This document shows, piece by piece, positions 43,067 through 53,554 of a stretch of DNA of 64,000 nucleotides. The DNA comes from [Archangium] primigenium (GTDB taxonomy: Bacteria > Myxococcota > Myxococcia > Myxococcales > Myxococcaceae). The position numbers and the translations under genes are program-made. Location: positions 7,369,224 through 7,433,223 of the forward strand of contig NZ_JADWYI010000001.1 in NCBI RefSeq assembly GCF_016904885.1. The letters run 5' to 3'. Position 1 is the stretch's first letter. The number at the start of each line of letters is the position of its first letter. The notes under the pieces are model-generated. The model searched no databases. It worked only from the letters and a program-made list of their open reading frames with translations, and was not told where the DNA came from.

Positions 43067-44430
43067 GCCCGGCGCTCCTGCGCGAGCAGGTGGACCTCCT
43101 CGGACTCGGGCGGGCGGGTCTGGGCCCACAGCCGGGACAGGACCCGCGAGGCCTCGCGCGCCAGCGCCAGCTCGTCCACGCCGAGCAACTGGCCCTCGCG
43201 CACGGTGACGCGCCCGTCCACGATGGTCCACGCCACGCGCGAGCGCGTGAGCTGCCCGAAGAGGTACGGCGCCTGCCCGCTGACCATGTCCAGCGCCGGG
43301 ACGCAGTCGTACACCACCAGGTCCGCGAGCCGCCCCTCCTCCACCGAGCCGGAGGGCACGCCGAACAGCCGCGAGCACAGCTCCGCGGGGCCGTCCGCGC
43401 ACACCTGGGCCACCACGCCGTCCGGATCCACCAGCCGCGAGCCGCGCGCCGCGCCCACGGCGGTGACGAGCGTGGAGGTCATGGCGTCCCAGAGGTTGCC
43501 GTGCCCGGCGCTGCCCAGGCCGATGAGGTTCTGCCGGCCGTAGAGCGTCTCCAGGGCACGGCCACTGGGCTCCACGAGCAGCGCCGTCTTGGGGCCGAGC
43601 GCCACGCAGGTGCCCGACTGCGCCAGGCGGATGGACTCGGCGTCGTCCACCGAGCGCGCGAAGCCGGCCACCGACAGCGGCCCGAGCAGGCCGAAGGACT
43701 CCATGCGCGGCACCACGCGCTTGCCGTAGGTGGACCACGTCATGGCCAGATCGTGGTCGCCCTCGGACAGGTGGAAGACGAGCGGAAAGCCCTTCTCCTC
43801 GCGCAGGCGGCCCAACATCCCGAGCAGCGCGTCACTGCCCGTCCACGAGGCATGGAAGCCCAGGGCGCCGCGCACCCGGGGGTGGGACTGCTGCCGGAGC
43901 ACGAAGTCGGCGTTGGCCTCGGCCTGGGCGAGCGAGAGCGCCTCCCCGTCCAACACATGCGTGGCGTGGCTCGCCACCAGCCGCATGCCCAGCCGGTCCG
44001 CCGCGCGCGCCATGACCTCCAGGGCGCCCGCCACGTTCCCCGGACACGACAGGTGGTCCACCGCCAGGGTGATGCCCGAGCGCAGCGCGCGCGCCATGGC
44101 ATGGCAGGCCAGCACCTCCACGTCCTCGAGCGTGAGCGCGGCGGCCAGTACGCGCTCGTGATCGAAGCGCACGTGCGGCGGGTGGAGCAGCAGCTCGCCG
44201 GAGGACGGCATGAGCAGGTCCCCCACCAGGTGGGAGTGACAGTCCACCAGCCCGGGCATCACGAGCCGCCCCCGGCAGGACACTTCCCAGTCCCCGGGCA
44301 GCACGGGGACCTGTTCGTCGGGGGCGACCTGACGGATCAACCCCCCCTCGACGACGACGGCCATGCCCGCGCGGCCACGGCCATCCGCGCGGAAGATGGA
44401 ACAATTCTTGAGGACGAGGCGGCCTTCCAT
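43063..44430 (-). CDS. Amidohydrolase-family protein (chlorohydrolase / MtaD / SsnA-like deaminase)
   Basis: The metal-binding motif MPGLVDCHSHL is present. Length 455 aa, TIM-barrel amidohydrolase. Confidence 0.8.
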   Translation of the reverse strand: MEGRLVLKNCSIFRADGRGRAGMAVVVEGGLIRQVAPDEQVPVLPGDWEVSCRGRLVMPGLVDCHSHLVGDLLMPSSGELLLHPPHVRFDHERVLAAALTLEDVEVLACHAMARALRSGITLAVDHLSCPGNVAGALEVMARAADRLGMRLVASHATHVLDGEALSLAQAEANADFVLRQQSHPRVRGALGFHASWTGSDALLGMLGRLREEKGFPLVFHLSEGDHDLAMTWSTYGKRVVPRMESFGLLGPLSVAGFARSVDDAESIRLAQSGTCVALGPKTALLVEPSGRALETLYGRQNLIGLGSAGHGNLWDAMTSTLVTAVGAARGSRLVDPDGVVAQVCADGPAELCSRLFGVPSGSVEEGRLADLVVYDCVPALDMVSGQAPYLFGQLTRSRVAWTIVDGRVTVREGQLLGVDELALAREASRVLSRLWAQTRPPESEEVHLLAQERRA

Positions 44431-44470
44431 GGGGGCGCCAGTATAGACACGTCCCTACTCCCGGAACGGC

Positions 44471-44896
44471 TCAGAACAAGCGCAGCTGCGACTTGTCCTC
44501 GTCTTCCTTGGAGGTGCCACGAGCCGGAAGCAGGCTGTAGCCGTGCTTCGTCGCCCATTCCGGGGAGGGGCCCGCCCAGCGGAAGCGCTCGAGCAGCGCC
44601 TTGCCCTTGTCGTCGAACTCGACGCCCTCGGCCCGGAGCAGCTCGCGCTGGCCCACGCCTTCCGGGGTGCTGATGCCGCCCGAGCGGTTGAGGATGCGCT
44701 GCCAGGGCACCTGGGAGGTGCGGGGACCCAGGTCTCCCATGGCGAGCCCGACGAGGCGCGCGTCGCAGCCGCCCCCGACGATGACCGCGATGTCTCCGTA
44801 GGTGGACACCTGGCCGGGCGGGACCTGCTCGACGACCTGGTAGATGCGCTCGAAGTGTCGGCGCTCCTGCATGGTGATGGTGACGGTGGTGGACAT
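44471..44896 (-). CDS. Alkyltransferase-like (ATL) protein: an MGMT/Ogt DNA-binding domain with the catalytic Cys replaced by Trp
   Basis: VPPGQVSTYGDIA...RLVG.AMG... is the MGMT helix-turn-helix. VPWQRIL sits where Ogt has PCHRVV. A ~50-aa C-terminal extension is present. Confidence 0.65.
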   Translation of the reverse strand: MSTTVTITMQERRHFERIYQVVEQVPPGQVSTYGDIAVIVGGGCDARLVGLAMGDLGPRTSQVPWQRILNRSGGISTPEGVGQRELLRAEGVEFDDKGKALLERFRWAGPSPEWATKHGYSLLPARGTSKEDEDKSQLRLF

Positions 44897-45051
44897 GTCT
44901 TCTCCAGTCAGATGTCCCCTCCTACCTCAGAGGACGGGACCTGGGAAGTCAGTACGACGTCCGCCGTCGGGTCCCCCACCCGACACGTCAGGTGGGGCGC
45001 GCGCCCCCCTCTCATCACCCGAGGGAGGCGCGCGGGGACTTCAGTCCCGCG

Positions 45052-47310
45052 TCAGATCGACTTGAGGAAGCGGATGAGCGCCGCCCGGTCGCTGGAGGAC
45101 ATCTTCACGAAGGACTGCTGGGCCGCCTGGCCCTCGCCGCCGTGCCAGAGGATGGCCTCCTCCAGGGTGCGGGCGCGGCCGTCGTGCAGGTAGGCCTCGC
45201 CACCGCTCACGGCCGGCGTCAGGCCCACGCTCCACAGCGGCGGGGTGCGCCACTCGGAGCCCGAGGCGATGCCGTCCGGCAGGTTGTCCGCCAGGCCCGT
45301 GCCCATGTCGTGCAGCAGCAGGTCCGTGTAGGCGTAGATCTTCTGGCTGCGCAGCTCCGCCTTGGGGTGGAAGGCGCTGGTGGTCATGGTCGTGGTGTGG
45401 CACTTGGCGCAGCCCGCGCTCTGGAAGAGCGTCTCGCCGCGCAGGGCCTGGGTGTCATTGAGGTCGCGCCGCGCCGGCACGCCCAGCAGCGAGATGTAGC
45501 GCTCGATCTTGTCCAGGTCCTGATCGCTCAGCTCCGTGCTCGAGCCCGAGCAGCCCTGCTGCGACGAGCCGCAGTCCAGGGTCTTGAACAGGGACGAGGT
45601 GACGCCCATGTCGCCGTTGAAGGCATCGGCCACCTGGTGGCGCACGCTGGAGGCGCTGCCCTTCCAGCCGAAGCGGCCCAGGCGCGTCTGCTTCGTCACG
45701 GGATCGATCACCGTCTGCATGCGGCCGGAGATGCCGTCCTTGTTGGCGTCATCCGGGTCCGCCAGGGCGGCGATGGTGCTCTCGGGAAGGGCCTCGAGCA
45801 GACCCATGCCGATGAGCTGCGGGGTGATGCGCACGGAGAAGTTCGTGGGGACCACGTTGCTGAAGCCGTAGCTGGGCTTGCGCAGCTGGTAGGACGTGCC
45901 GTCCGCGTAGGTGCCGCTGGTGGTCGTCCACTGGGTGATGCGCACGTCGGCCTCGGGGGTGCCGCTGGTGGAGCGCGGCTGCAGCTTGGAGCCCAGCGCG
46001 GGGTCCGGCGTCACGGTGGTGCCACTGACCCGGCCCACCTTGACCACGCTCTTGGTCAGCGAGGTGTTGACGGCGGGCGGCAGCGCGCGGCCGTTGCTCA
46101 CGTGGCAGGCGATGCACGAGACCTCGATGTAGTTGGGCCCCAGCTTGTTCACCTGCTCGGAGAAGACGGGGTTGCCCGACTCGGAGTGGGTGCCATCGCG
46201 GAAGTTGGTGTGGTGGACGCGGCGGCCCTCGACGAAGGGCTGCGCGTTGACCGGCGCCATGTTGAGCACCATCTGCTTGAAGCGACTGCCGGGCTCGTCG
46301 GAGAAGGGATAGTTCAGCGTGCCGCGACCACCGCTCCACCCCGCCTCGGGCAGGGGGAAGGAGTCGCGCAGCGAGCCCTGGGTCTCGAAGGGCACCATGC
46401 CGGTGCTGCCCACCATGTACAGCCACACGTCCGAGTAGTAGTTCCAGCGGCCCTCCACGGGCTGCTTGAGGAACACGCCGATCTCGATCTCCATGCGGTC
46501 GCCCACGCGGATGGCGCGACCTTCCTTGGCGTTGTAGGTGACCGTGGAGGTGTGCAGGTAGTCGTTCACCTTGGTGAAGCGCGCGTTGTGCCAGTACTCG
46601 GCCACCGTGTTGATGCCGCGGAAGAAGGCGCGGAAGTCCGGCCCGTCGAACGGGTAGACGGTGTGCAGGTTGACCGTGATCTGGTTGCCGCCCTTGGCCA
46701 CCTCGTCGACGACCTCCACCCAGAAGGTGCGGTTGGTGAAGTACAGGGCCAGGTAGTGGTCATACGCCTGGTACTGGGACTCGCGGGCGTGACGGTCGCG
46801 CACGCGGCCACCCACGCGGGTGATGAGGGCCTTGGTGGTGTTCTCCGTCAGCGCGGGCTCGAGCGCCGTGGAGCTGTTGTACAGCGGCACGATGGGGCCC
46901 AGGCTGGGGGGGGTGCCCGAGTCCGGGGTGGTGCCCGAGTCCGGGGTGCCCGAATCCGGGGTGCCCGAGTCCGGCGTCGTCGACGTGCCGCCGTGTGTGT
47001 AGCGCGTCAGCGTGGTGTCGCGGGCACAGTTACAGGAGATGTCCCAGTACGTGAAGTTGTAGTCGATGGTGTCGCCCCTCACGAGGTTGCCCACCGAGTA
47101 CTCATTGCGGCCATTCTGGACCGCCATGCGCAGGTTGATCTGGCCGCCGTTGTTCACCTTGTAGTGAATGTCGGCCCAGGACGTGGTGTTGACGTAGAAG
47201 AGGGCGGAGGAGGTGGAAGGCTGCACGCCGTCGACGGCGGCCCATCCATCGCCCGCCAGGAGGCCCGCCACCAACATCGCGGCGGCCATTCCGGTGGATC
47301 TGCTGAACAT
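45052..47310 (-). CDS. Secreted di-heme c-type protein (DUF1111 / 'thiol oxidoreductase' - cytochrome c peroxidase-like) with an N-terminal beta-sandwich (CBM-like) module and a TPDSG linker
   Basis: Two CxxCH motifs (CIACH, CAKCH). Signal peptide MFSRSTGMAAAMLVAGLLA. A (TPDSG)x4 Pro/Thr linker is present. Confidence 0.7.
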   Translation of the reverse strand: MFSRSTGMAAAMLVAGLLAGDGWAAVDGVQPSTSSALFYVNTTSWADIHYKVNNGGQINLRMAVQNGRNEYSVGNLVRGDTIDYNFTYWDISCNCARDTTLTRYTHGGTSTTPDSGTPDSGTPDSGTTPDSGTPPSLGPIVPLYNSSTALEPALTENTTKALITRVGGRVRDRHARESQYQAYDHYLALYFTNRTFWVEVVDEVAKGGNQITVNLHTVYPFDGPDFRAFFRGINTVAEYWHNARFTKVNDYLHTSTVTYNAKEGRAIRVGDRMEIEIGVFLKQPVEGRWNYYSDVWLYMVGSTGMVPFETQGSLRDSFPLPEAGWSGGRGTLNYPFSDEPGSRFKQMVLNMAPVNAQPFVEGRRVHHTNFRDGTHSESGNPVFSEQVNKLGPNYIEVSCIACHVSNGRALPPAVNTSLTKSVVKVGRVSGTTVTPDPALGSKLQPRSTSGTPEADVRITQWTTTSGTYADGTSYQLRKPSYGFSNVVPTNFSVRITPQLIGMGLLEALPESTIAALADPDDANKDGISGRMQTVIDPVTKQTRLGRFGWKGSASSVRHQVADAFNGDMGVTSSLFKTLDCGSSQQGCSGSSTELSDQDLDKIERYISLLGVPARRDLNDTQALRGETLFQSAGCAKCHTTTMTTSAFHPKAELRSQKIYAYTDLLLHDMGTGLADNLPDGIASGSEWRTPPLWSVGLTPAVSGGEAYLHDGRARTLEEAILWHGGEGQAAQQSFVKMSSSDRAALIRFLKSI

Positions 47311-47504
47311 GGGTTGTCTCGTGAGGTAGGGGGTTCTGCGCACTCCAGTTTCGAGTGTGGCGGAACCCCCCGGCACAATCCATCTCAGAATCAGAAAAAG
47401 TAGGAAACCCTCGCTGAACAGGAATCCCAGCGTTCTCTGTTGAATGCCTGACGAGCGCATGCCGCGCCACGCCGCGGCGCATCAATGCCTGTCGTCCCCG
47501 CGCG

Positions 47505-48410
47505 CTAGCCCCGCGAGGGCGGCGTGGACGCCAGCAGTTGCACGAGCAATTCGTCCTTCTGGGCCTCGGGCACCAGCGTCACCCGGGCCGAGCCCTCCTG
47601 GAGCCGCTGCACCTCGAGCAGCTCGAACATGGCCGTGGAGACCTCGGGATCCTGGGCGATGCGCTGCAGCGCGGCGCCGACGATCCGCGGGCGCAGGGCC
47701 GCCGCCTTGGCGAACGCGATGGCGGCCTGCCGGTCCGCGGAGCTCGTGAGGATGCTCACCTGATTGGCCCCGTCCTGGCGGATGGCGGACGTCACCTGCC
47801 GCAACCGGTTGACCACCTTCTCCTCGATCTGGTGGATCATTCCCGCGTCACGGAAATGCACCTTGCGGATGTAGACCGAGCCGAGCTGATAGCCATAGGC
47901 GTGGGACATGGGGGACACCTCGGCGCGCACGGTGCGGCTCATGCCGTGGCGGCTCTCCAGCATCCGACCCAGCTTCATGTTGGACAGGCAGCGCACGGTG
48001 GCATTGCTCACGTTGGCCGCGAGCGAGCCCCTCGGGTCCGCGTTCTCGAACAGGTACTTGAGCGGGTCGGAGATGGACATCTCGTACCAGATGCCAATGC
48101 CCATGGGCGCGCCCTCCTCGGAGTTCACCGCCAGGCTGCGCAGGTACTGCTGATCCAACCGCAGATCGATCACATGGCAGCGGCCCACCCAGTTGACCAG
48201 CAGCGCCTTCCACCCGAGCCGGGCCCACAACAGGTGCAGACCCGGCTCGTCGAGCACCGCCACCACCCGGCCCAGGAAGACGTAGACCCGGCAGGTGCGC
48301 TCCTCCACCACGGCGTACACGCCGAAGAGCCGCGCCAGGGCGAGCAGCAGGGGCACGCCCATCCCCATGGCCATGAAGCCCAGCACCGCGCCCACCATCA
48401 GGCTCGTCAT
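47505..48410 (-). CDS. SPFH/band-7 family membrane protein
   Basis: N-terminal TM plus a prohibitin-homology domain. The start overlaps the upstream SPFH gene's stop. Confidence 0.75.
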   Translation of the reverse strand: MTSLMVGAVLGFMAMGMGVPLLLALARLFGVYAVVEERTCRVYVFLGRVVAVLDEPGLHLLWARLGWKALLVNWVGRCHVIDLRLDQQYLRSLAVNSEEGAPMGIGIWYEMSISDPLKYLFENADPRGSLAANVSNATVRCLSNMKLGRMLESRHGMSRTVRAEVSPMSHAYGYQLGSVYIRKVHFRDAGMIHQIEEKVVNRLRQVTSAIRQDGANQVSILTSSADRQAAIAFAKAAALRPRIVGAALQRIAQDPEVSTAMFELLEVQRLQEGSARVTLVPEAQKDELLVQLLASTPPSRG

Positions 48411-49435
48411 GGCTTCACCCCCAACACCACCTGGCTCGCCTTGGAGAACAGGCCCAGGCGGATGTTGCGCACGTAGGCCCGGAGCGCCCCGGGGCCACTC
48501 TCCTTGAGCAGCGTGAGCTGCTGGGCCATGGCCACCAGCGGCTCCACCTCCGCCTCGGCCTTGAGGGTCTCGATCTCCACCGCCCGGCGCGACTGGACGA
48601 TCTTCTGATCCGCCCCCGCCTGCGCGAGGCTCAGCTCCGAGGAGACGTGGTTGTGCGCCGTGTTGATGGCCGCGAGCGCCGAGTCCACCTCGGGCGGCGG
48701 ATCGATGCCGGTGATGAGCGAGGCGTCCAGCACGATGCCGTAGCGAGACAGGCTCCCCCGGCACTCGCGGTCCATGTGCTCGTTGAGGTCGCGCAGGTTC
48801 TTGCGCAAATCATTGATGGAGACGCCCGAGACGACCGACACCTCCACCGCCTCCAGCGTGCCCTCCACCACGGGCGGCGGCGGCGCCTCGAAGCTCGCGA
48901 TGCGCTCGCGCAGGATGGAGATGAAGTAGCCCATCACGTGCGCGATGGGGTTCTTCACCCCGAAGAGGTACGCGTAGAGGTTCTGCTCGGACACCCGGTA
49001 GCGCAGTTGCCCCGTCAGCCCCGTGTTGAGCTGATCCTTGGTCACCGCGTCCAGCACCGTGCCGTCCTGGTTGGCGTGCGGCGACTCGGGGTCGTACGCC
49101 ATGCTCAGCGTCTGGGTGGCCACCGACACCTTGACCACCCGCTCCCACGGCCACTTGAAGTACGGGCCCCCCGGCGGGATGACCTCCAGTTGAGGGTAGA
49201 CGTAGCGATCCTCGTCCGTGCGGGCCAGGCCCTCGCTCACCGGGCCCTCGCGTGTGGTCGGCTCTCCCACCCGCCGCACGGCCCGCCCCAGGCGGACCTT
49301 CACCGCCCGCTCGCTCTGATCCACGGTGAAGAAGCCGGTGAGCACACATCGGACCCCCACCCAGGCCATCGCGCCCAGTCCCAGGCCCCCGATCAGGTCC
49401 AGGGCGTCCAGGCCCAGGATTCGCAGCAACTCCAT
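48407..49435 (-). CDS. SPFH/band-7 family membrane protein (paralogue partner)
   Basis: N-terminal TM (ILGLDALDLIGGLGLGAMAWVGV) plus an SPFH domain. An alternative start at 49480 is possible. Confidence 0.7.
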   Translation of the reverse strand: MELLRILGLDALDLIGGLGLGAMAWVGVRCVLTGFFTVDQSERAVKVRLGRAVRRVGEPTTREGPVSEGLARTDEDRYVYPQLEVIPPGGPYFKWPWERVVKVSVATQTLSMAYDPESPHANQDGTVLDAVTKDQLNTGLTGQLRYRVSEQNLYAYLFGVKNPIAHVMGYFISILRERIASFEAPPPPVVEGTLEAVEVSVVSGVSINDLRKNLRDLNEHMDRECRGSLSRYGIVLDASLITGIDPPPEVDSALAAINTAHNHVSSELSLAQAGADQKIVQSRRAVEIETLKAEAEVEPLVAMAQQLTLLKESGPGALRAYVRNIRLGLFSKASQVVLGVKP

Positions 49436-49574
49436 GTCCCCTCCTCCAGAAAGCGCCCCAGGCCGCGGGCTCGCGGCCATTCTGGCCCGCAAATGCGAAG
49501 GGCGGCCCCTCCTCTCGGAGAGAACCGCCCTCGGTGCAGCAGATCCAACGGTGTGTCGGGTGTGGACCCGACGA

Positions 49575-49841
49575 CTACCCGCCGGACTCCTTGTTGTTCT
49601 TGGAGAAGTCCTTGAGGCCCTTCTCCTTGACCGTCTTGGTGGCGGTCTTCGCACCCGGGTCGACGTTGGTCTCGCCGGCCAGCGCGTCGGCCGAGGCGCC
49701 GAACAGGCGGCGGATGTTGTTGCCGAAGAGGGTGATGACGCCGATCGCCGCGATGGCGATCAGGGCCACGATGATGATGTACTCCGTCATACCCTGACCA
49801 CGGCGCTTCGCGAGCTTCTTCTGGTTCTTCAGAGCGGACAT
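49575..49841 (-). CDS. flp: Flp/Fap-family type IVb prepilin with a Lys-rich C-terminal extension
   Basis: KRRG^QGMTEYIIIVALIAIAAIGVITLFGN is the Flp motif (G-x4-EY plus a hydrophobic helix). An AGGAGG Shine-Dalgarno sits 6 nt upstream of the ATG. Confidence 0.7.
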   Translation of the reverse strand: MSALKNQKKLAKRRGQGMTEYIIIVALIAIAAIGVITLFGNNIRRLFGASADALAGETNVDPGAKTATKTVKEKGLKDFSKNNKESGG

Positions 49842-50096
49842 GTGCGGCCTCCTGGGGGGATGGCGACCCGGGGTGGTCACCACCAACGATTCGCAAGCTA
49901 CCTGGGTCCCCTTCCGGGCTCCATCCGTCATCGGGAGGATGATCGCACTTCGCCGGAATTTCCGGAGCCCGGATCCGGGCCGAGGCCCCGGGCCCGCCCG
50001 GGGGGCGGAGCGCCAAGTATCGGATTCTATAGGAGAACCCCGTCACCAACAGGTGGGACATCCGCCCAGGTGACCCGTTATGGTCCCCCTCTGCCC

Positions 50097-51095
50097 ATGA
50101 CCCTCGACCTGTTGCAAGCGATTCAGCTCTCCTGGTCTCCCCAACTGCGCGTGACACGCGTGACGGGGGACTGCGAGCGGGTGCTGCGACGTCCCGCCGC
50201 GCAAATCCTGGATCGGCCGCTGGAGACGGTCCTGGGCACGAGCGCCGAGCACGCGCGGCGGCTGGACACCCTGGCCCGGCGGGACGAGCGGGCCGTGGAG
50301 TTCCTGTCCGGCGTGCTCGGGCCGGAGGATCCCGTGCCCCTGCGCTTCGCGCTCGGACTGGAGGCGGGCGAGGCCACGGCGGTGGTGTTGGACCTGCGCG
50401 CCCTGCTGCGCCACGCCCCGCCGGTGCAGTTGTCGGGCCTGGCGTCCCAGCTGAGCCACGAGCTGCGCAACCCCTTGAGTTCCGTGAAGATGGCGGTGCA
50501 GACGCTCGCGCGCAACACGGGCCTGTCCGAGCGTGACCAGCGCCGGTTGACCATCGCCAACCGCGAGGTGCGCACCCTGGAGCGCATGCTCTGGCTCCTG
50601 TCGGAGTATGCCCGCGACAGCACCCCCACCCTGGAGCCCCACGCGCCGCGCACCCTGGTGGAGGAGGCGATGGCGATGGTGGCCCCGGAGTTGACCGAGC
50701 GCGGCGTGACGGTGCGCGTGGACGAGGCCGCGGACGTGCCCCGGGTGCGCATGGACACCAACCGGCTGCGGCCGGTGCTCGCCCAGGTGCTGCTCAACCT
50801 GGCCATGAGCCAGGCCCAGGGCGGACAGGTGGTGGTGACGCTGCGGCCCGAGCCCCCGGGCCGGGTCTCCTTGAGTTGGCGGGATCCCTCGGGCACGTTG
50901 AGCGAACAGGAGTCCGCCTCGCTCTTCGAGCCCTTCGCGTCCAGTCTGGCCCGGGGCACGGGCCTGTCCCTGGCGGCGCTGCGCCGCGTGCTGGTGCACC
51001 AGGGCGGCGAGGTCGTCGCCCGGTCCGAGTCCGGTCCGGACCCCGACACGGGCGCCGAGGCGGGCACGGTGTTCACGCTCACGTTTGTCGTTTGA
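50097..51095 (+). CDS. Sensor histidine kinase (cytoplasmic; PAS-like N-terminus + HisKA + HATPase)
   Basis: SHELRNPLSS is the H-box. N, G1 and G2 boxes are present. The start was taken at MTLDLLQ inside the longer ORF. Confidence 0.8.
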   Translation: MTLDLLQAIQLSWSPQLRVTRVTGDCERVLRRPAAQILDRPLETVLGTSAEHARRLDTLARRDERAVEFLSGVLGPEDPVPLRFALGLEAGEATAVVLDLRALLRHAPPVQLSGLASQLSHELRNPLSSVKMAVQTLARNTGLSERDQRRLTIANREVRTLERMLWLLSEYARDSTPTLEPHAPRTLVEEAMAMVAPELTERGVTVRVDEAADVPRVRMDTNRLRPVLAQVLLNLAMSQAQGGQVVVTLRPEPPGRVSLSWRDPSGTLSEQESASLFEPFASSLARGTGLSLAALRRVLVHQGGEVVARSESGPDPDTGAEAGTVFTLTFVV

Positions 51096-51100
51096 GGCCC

Positions 51101-52534
<1,434 letters not shown>

Positions 52535-52588
52535 GTGCAAAGGCGCGCTGGTGGACAGTGTCACCCCTCCGACAACCGGGGTCGGGGA

Positions 52589-52728
52589 TTGAACGAAACG
52601 TTCAAGTTGATCAGACTGTTTGAACGTTCTGTTTCAGGTTCTGGACAATCGCGGGCCGAGAACGTGAAGCCGCTTCGCTAAGTAGGCGTCATCGCAGGCT
52701 TTTTCAGGACTTGGGAACAACGTTCGGG
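52589..52728 (+). promoter_or_regulatory. Cluster of three to four GAACG(N)nCGTTC-type inverted repeats (candidate enhancer/UAS) upstream of the sigma54 promoter
   Basis: TTGAACgaaacGTTCAA (52589-52605), TTGAACGTTC (52619-52628), GAACAACGTTC (52715-52725), plus a partial AGAACGTG. The region is locally AT-rich. Confidence 0.4.
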
Positions 52729-52729
52729 T

Positions 52730-52745
52730 TGGCACAAAGCTTGGA
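52730..52745 (+). promoter_or_regulatory. Candidate sigma54 (-24/-12) promoter TGGCAC-aaagc-TTGGA upstream of the crp-like gene
   Basis: Perfect -24 TGGCAC and exact 5-nt spacing. The -12 element is TTGG, against consensus TTGC. It sits about 60 nt upstream of the ATG and immediately downstream of the NtrC-like gene. Confidence 0.45.
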
Positions 52746-52807
52746 AAGGGACTGTTCCGTTCGCAGCACAGCAACCCCACTTTCAACCGCCTGCAGGAGT
52801 GCCCGCC

Positions 52808-53554
52808 ATGCACGGTTTCAATCGCCCCCTCGGTCCCATCGGTTCCAACGTCGTCGCCCCCATCCAGACCACCAGCTCCGGCATGCTCGTGACCGCCAAC
52901 AAGCTGGTCCCCGGCCAGGAGGCGATCGACTTCAAGGGTTACTTCAAGGTCGAGTCCTTCCCGCACAACTCGGTCATCTACCGCCCCGGCGACACGACGG
53001 ACCGGGTGTACCTGCTCAAGAGCGGCCGCGTGCGGCTGATGCGCCTGGGCAAGAACAGCTCGCGCTCGGTGGTGAGCATCCTGCGCCCCGGCGATCTGTT
53101 CGGCGAGCTGTTCCGCCCCGAGGGCACCCCGGTGGAGGAGATGGCCATCGCCAGCGGCGAGGCCGAGGTGTGGAGCATCGAGGGCCGTGACTTCCGCGCC
53201 CAGCTGGAGGCGCGTCCCGCCCTGGCGGTGGACGTGGTGCGCGCCTATGCCGAGCGCGTGCGCGCCCTGCGCAAGCGCGTGCTGGGCCTGACCTTCAAGG
53301 AAGTGCCGGCCCGTCTGGCGGACACCCTGCTCACCCTGGCCGAGGCCCACGGCGAGCGCTGCCCGCACGGCGGCGAGACGGACCTGCGCGGCATCACCCA
53401 GCAGGACCTGGCGGACCTGGTGGGCGCCTCGCGCTCCTTCGTCTCCACGCTCATCAACGAGATGAAGCGCGACGGCGTGCTCGGCAACGTGGGCCGCATC
53501 CTCTGCATCCGTGACCAGAAGGCGCTGCGCAAGCTGGCCTCCAAGGAGAAGTAG
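52808..53554 (+). CDS. Crp/Fnr-family transcriptional regulator (cNMP-binding + HTH)
   Basis: The cNMP beta-roll is IYRPGDTTDRVYLLKSGRVRL...GELF. The C-terminal HTH is ITQQDLADLVGASRSFVSTLINEMKRDG. Confidence 0.85.
   Translation: MHGFNRPLGPIGSNVVAPIQTTSSGMLVTANKLVPGQEAIDFKGYFKVESFPHNSVIYRPGDTTDRVYLLKSGRVRLMRLGKNSSRSVVSILRPGDLFGELFRPEGTPVEEMAIASGEAEVWSIEGRDFRAQLEARPALAVDVVRAYAERVRALRKRVLGLTFKEVPARLADTLLTLAEAHGERCPHGGETDLRGITQQDLADLVGASRSFVSTLINEMKRDGVLGNVGRILCIRDQKALRKLASKEK

Noticed and set aside
47322-47361. Hairpin ggggttc...gaacccc in the 195-bp gap between the SPFH operon end and the DUF1111 gene start
   Set aside because: It could be a terminator for the SPFH operon on the minus strand, but there is no U-tract on that strand. 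Left uncalled.
49842-50096. Search for a sigma54 or other defined promoter between divergent flp and the histidine-kinase gene
   Set aside because: No TGGCAC-N5-TTGC on either strand and no convincing -35/-10. Only a good Shine-Dalgarno for flp. The promoter cannot be placed by eye.
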